DNA of 64,000 nucleotides from Vezdaea acicularis (Eukaryota): NCBI GenBank assembly GCA_026025075.1, contig JAPEUI010000024.1, positions 124,001 to 188,000 of the forward strand, read 5' to 3'. Shown piece by piece: positions 61,137 to 64,000 of this stretch (position 1 is its first letter; each line of letters starts with the position of its first letter). The notes under the pieces were generated by a model. It saw only the letters and a program-made list of their open reading frames with translations, ran no database searches and was not told where the DNA came from. The position numbers and the translations under genes were made by a program.

Positions 61137-62799
61137 TCATTCAGGGTCCTCGGTCATATTAGTCTGGCCTGCTGCTCGCGCCTTCTCCTGTTCTTCGTAT
61201 TCTTTCAAAGCCGCCTGACCCTCCTCGGTTGTGGCATCGATTATTTGCTCCTCCAAGCTCAACATGCCTCCCTAGAACAACGGTCAGTACGATGTCAATG
61301 GAGTCAGCAGCGCGACAGCTCACCTCGCCCAGCTGGCCAACAATTTCCTCAGCTTCTTCAACGCTCATCTTACCAAGGACCTTGTTTACCTCATCAAGGC
61401 TCCCGTGTTCTAGTGCGCGCTGTAAACCGGGGGGAAAGGTTTCGAATATTGCGCGCGCTTTCTGCTCATTCTCATCTGTGCTGTCCTTAGGTGGGATGAC
61501 GATATTTATCTTCGTTCCGGGCTCCACTGCGTGCAACTGGATTTGTTCAACGCCGGCACCTGCATTAGCGTCTGAAGCCCTGTCTGCAGCAATTTCCCTG
61601 GCTCTCGTCCTTATACGGCCATATGTCGTGTTGACATCGTCTAGGAAAACCTTCTGAGCTTGGTGGCCAGGGGTCATGATTCTAGAAAACTTCTTAGTTG
61701 TATGTTTGTCTTCGTGACCGTCAAAATAAAGACATACCGTTTGAAAAATACCCCAACCCCATCCCTACCCAGCTGCCTACAGTATTGGAGAAGAAGTGCC
61801 TGATGTACACATTGCCGCGCATATTCATCTTTGCCTTCAAGCTGATTATTGAACCCAGCGACTAGGAGCCCGTTCTCCTCGCGCTCTGCTACAACTGCGG
61901 GATTCTCATTGATGAACTGTAGACAAGCCTTGTAATTGCCGACTTTGATCTTCGCGAAGTCGTTACCCAATTTCGTTGGTTCAATCCGTTCCTCCTCGTC
62001 TCCATCTCCGTCATCTGCTGCTTCTTCAACATCTGCTTCTGCACCAGATGAAATACTCTCGCTCCGTTGCAGCGTGCCAGGATTTAAAACTTCCACGGAC
62101 TTAATCTTCCCCGCTTCTGATTTCTTCGATGGCGCTTTGACAGGCTCTTTTGATACGTGTGAGCTATCAAAGCCAGTGTGTATACTGTCGCTAGTAATCT
62201 TTCTGCTTTCTTCTTGTTCTAGCTCTGCGAGCTTCACATGTAGTTCGCTTTGTAGTCCCTGAACCTTGTCTAAATGCCCCTTTATAGCTTTTATATACCT
62301 CCCGTAGCGATCATCGGATTTGCTCTCATCGACTTCTTGTTTGACCTGATCTACTAGAGTGGCCATCATCTTGGAGTAGGTAGGCTGAGAATCGTCTACT
62401 TTCGAATGCACGCCCTCTGGTCGAGGAGGAGGCTGGTCATTCGCAGGGTCACCAGCGGTTTCAATGAGAGATTGAAAAACTAGTTCATCTGCGCTGCGAG
62501 ACTTATCATTGTGACTCTGCAGAGCATTCAAGAGCTTCTCAATCCTTGCCAAGAGACCATCATTGACTGAGCGTTCGTACTTTAGAGTTTCAATATGGTG
62601 ACGGCGCCGAAAACGTTCTTCGTGAATCTGGTTCTGCTTTGCCCGAATGAAGGAGCGCTTGTCAACATTTGGATGGACTTCTATGTCAGAGTCGTCGGAG
62701 AGTTCAAGTGCATCCTAGACATGCATTAGTTCGGTTTAAGGCGTCTACTATGTTGGGTTACCGTCCGGCGCATACCCATTTGCTGTAATCGAGCACCAT
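61137..62799 (-). CDS. CDC37: Hsp90 co-chaperone Cdc37
   Basis: MVLDYSKW|DALELSDDSDIEVHPNVDKRSFIRAK, VHQALLLQYC, LDEVNKVLGKM and last exon GGMLSLEEQIIDATT..EDPE* (stop 61137-61139). Confidence 0.96.
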
Positions 62800-63200
62800 A
62801 GCTGCGGCTAGCTACTTTATAGTTCCCAATGCGGTATAATATGGTGCTAAATTTGCTTCAATTTGTTACGAGATGATACCAAGCCACAGTTTGAGAGGCT
62901 ATATACGCAGTGTTCTTCCGCGCAGACTCCTATTCGTGAAGCTGTGTGTATTGAACCAGAATGTGGGATGTTCGGCTTTGAAGCTTCGAGAGGATCTCGA
63001 AGCGAGGTCCAATCTACTCACGTCACCGATTCGGAAGCCGATTTTTTTCTTGTGTCGCTGTTACTCCAATGTCTTCGACCTAATTCTTCCGGTCATGGCA
63101 TTTGACCATGTCCAACCCGCTTGACTATTAAGGAGGTCTCCATATCGCCGGGATCCTACAGAGAGGCCGGAGCAACTAAGGCTTCGCTGCGCAACGAGCC

Positions 63201-64000
63201 ATGCGCGGCTCCAAGCTCCTTCAACGATGCTTTACCGGCTCAGAGTCAAGCCGTCTTTTCCAATCAAAAATTACAGTAAGGAGTTATAGAACAAGCATTC
63301 AACATCTTCCCAAAAATCAGGAGTTCGTAGCCAAGTCAACCGGATTACTCAGGCTCAATCACCAGAGCTCCCTCGGCCCCCAGTCGTCTTACCCATCCGT
63401 CTTTCCAGCAATCCGATTGCATTCCTACAACCCCGTGCTCTCACCGTGGACTATACAACAGCTGCGAAGCCTGTCTTCTACTTCAATATCCCAAAAAGAA
63501 GAAAAAGTACTAGTCAAGAGTGATGGGAACCTCACGACGCGCAGGGTGGAAGAGGAGGACGACGAGCTGGAAGAAAGAGGATTTGAGCGTTCAGCAAAGG
63601 CGTCGCAGGCTGCACAGGTCAATCTAAGTGCTCGTTTGAGTAAGGATACTTCGTCATCAGGCAATACAGCTGGCGTTTCAGAGATATGGAGGCTGCTTCG
63701 AATTGCTCGCCCAGAATCAAAAATGCTGGGAGGTAAAGGTCCAAGGCCCCCCCATTTTGGTTACTTGCTAATGGATAAGTTGCTTTTATTTTTCTTCTCG
63801 TGTCATCTTCTATCACCATGTCTATACCGTTGGTCTTCCATACCCTGTAATGAAGGATAGCTAACATCAGTCTAGCTTTTCCATTGGTAAGATTCTGGAC
63901 ATTGCCACGGGCTCAAAGGATGGCACTTTGTTTGGTTTGGAGTTATCACATTTTTACGTTGCATTGGGAGGTGTAAGAAAGCTTTGTTACCTTGTACAAT
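63201..64000 (+). CDS. MDL1: Mitochondrial ABC half-transporter Mdl1/ABCB10-like, 5' part; runs off the right edge
   Basis: Basic presequence, GFERSAKASQAAQVNLSARL, EIWRLLRIARPE, then spliced LVSSSITMSIP|FSIGKILD (first TM of the ABCB10 family). Confidence 0.85.

Noticed and set aside
62971..63001. HSE-like GAAgcTTCgaGAG upstream of CDC37
   Set aside because: Only two perfect nGAAn units, which is too weak to call without conservation data.
1..64000. tRNA, rRNA, CRISPR array, intact transposon, telomeric array
   Set aside because: I saw no cloverleaf or T-loop context, spacer-repeat array, TIR/LTR pair or RT/transposase motif. TTAGGG occurs only as isolated copies.

Overview
This is a gene-dense window from a filamentous ascomycete (Pezizomycotina-type) genome, with short GT-AG introns and CTRAC/CTAAT branch sites. 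I reconstructed about 27 protein-coding genes by hand. Most are housekeeping genes: FPR4 (partial), REV1, UNG1, TAF1, TGS1, NCL1/TRM4, CDC45, HEM14, haspin, an ENT/FUN26 transporter, calmodulin, TLG2, RTT103, CLC1, CDC37 and MDL1 (partial). Others are a P450, an SDR, an alpha/beta hydrolase, an MBL-fold protein, a RING-like Zn protein, a PLAC8 protein, an F-box protein, two secreted Cys-rich proteins and one orphan. I found no tRNA, rRNA, CRISPR array, intact transposon or biosynthetic gene cluster, and I cannot support a new multi-gene system. The best leads are: (1) a 176-bp intragenic duplication in CDC45 that copied an intron and a bipartite-NLS-like segment, creating an in-frame cassette exon; (2) recurring GC-rich domains that switch from C-rich to G-rich on the + strand whatever the gene orientation, with G4 motifs; (3) an in-frame, acid-free N-terminal extension on UNG1 plus an apparent 3'-UTR intron; (4) Zn2Cys6-type motif arrays upstream of the P450 and between HEM14 and haspin; (5) a 3x ~102-bp degenerate repeat and effector-like orphans in AT-richer intervals. 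Exon boundaries and products come from reading the sequence and remembered motifs, with no database searches.
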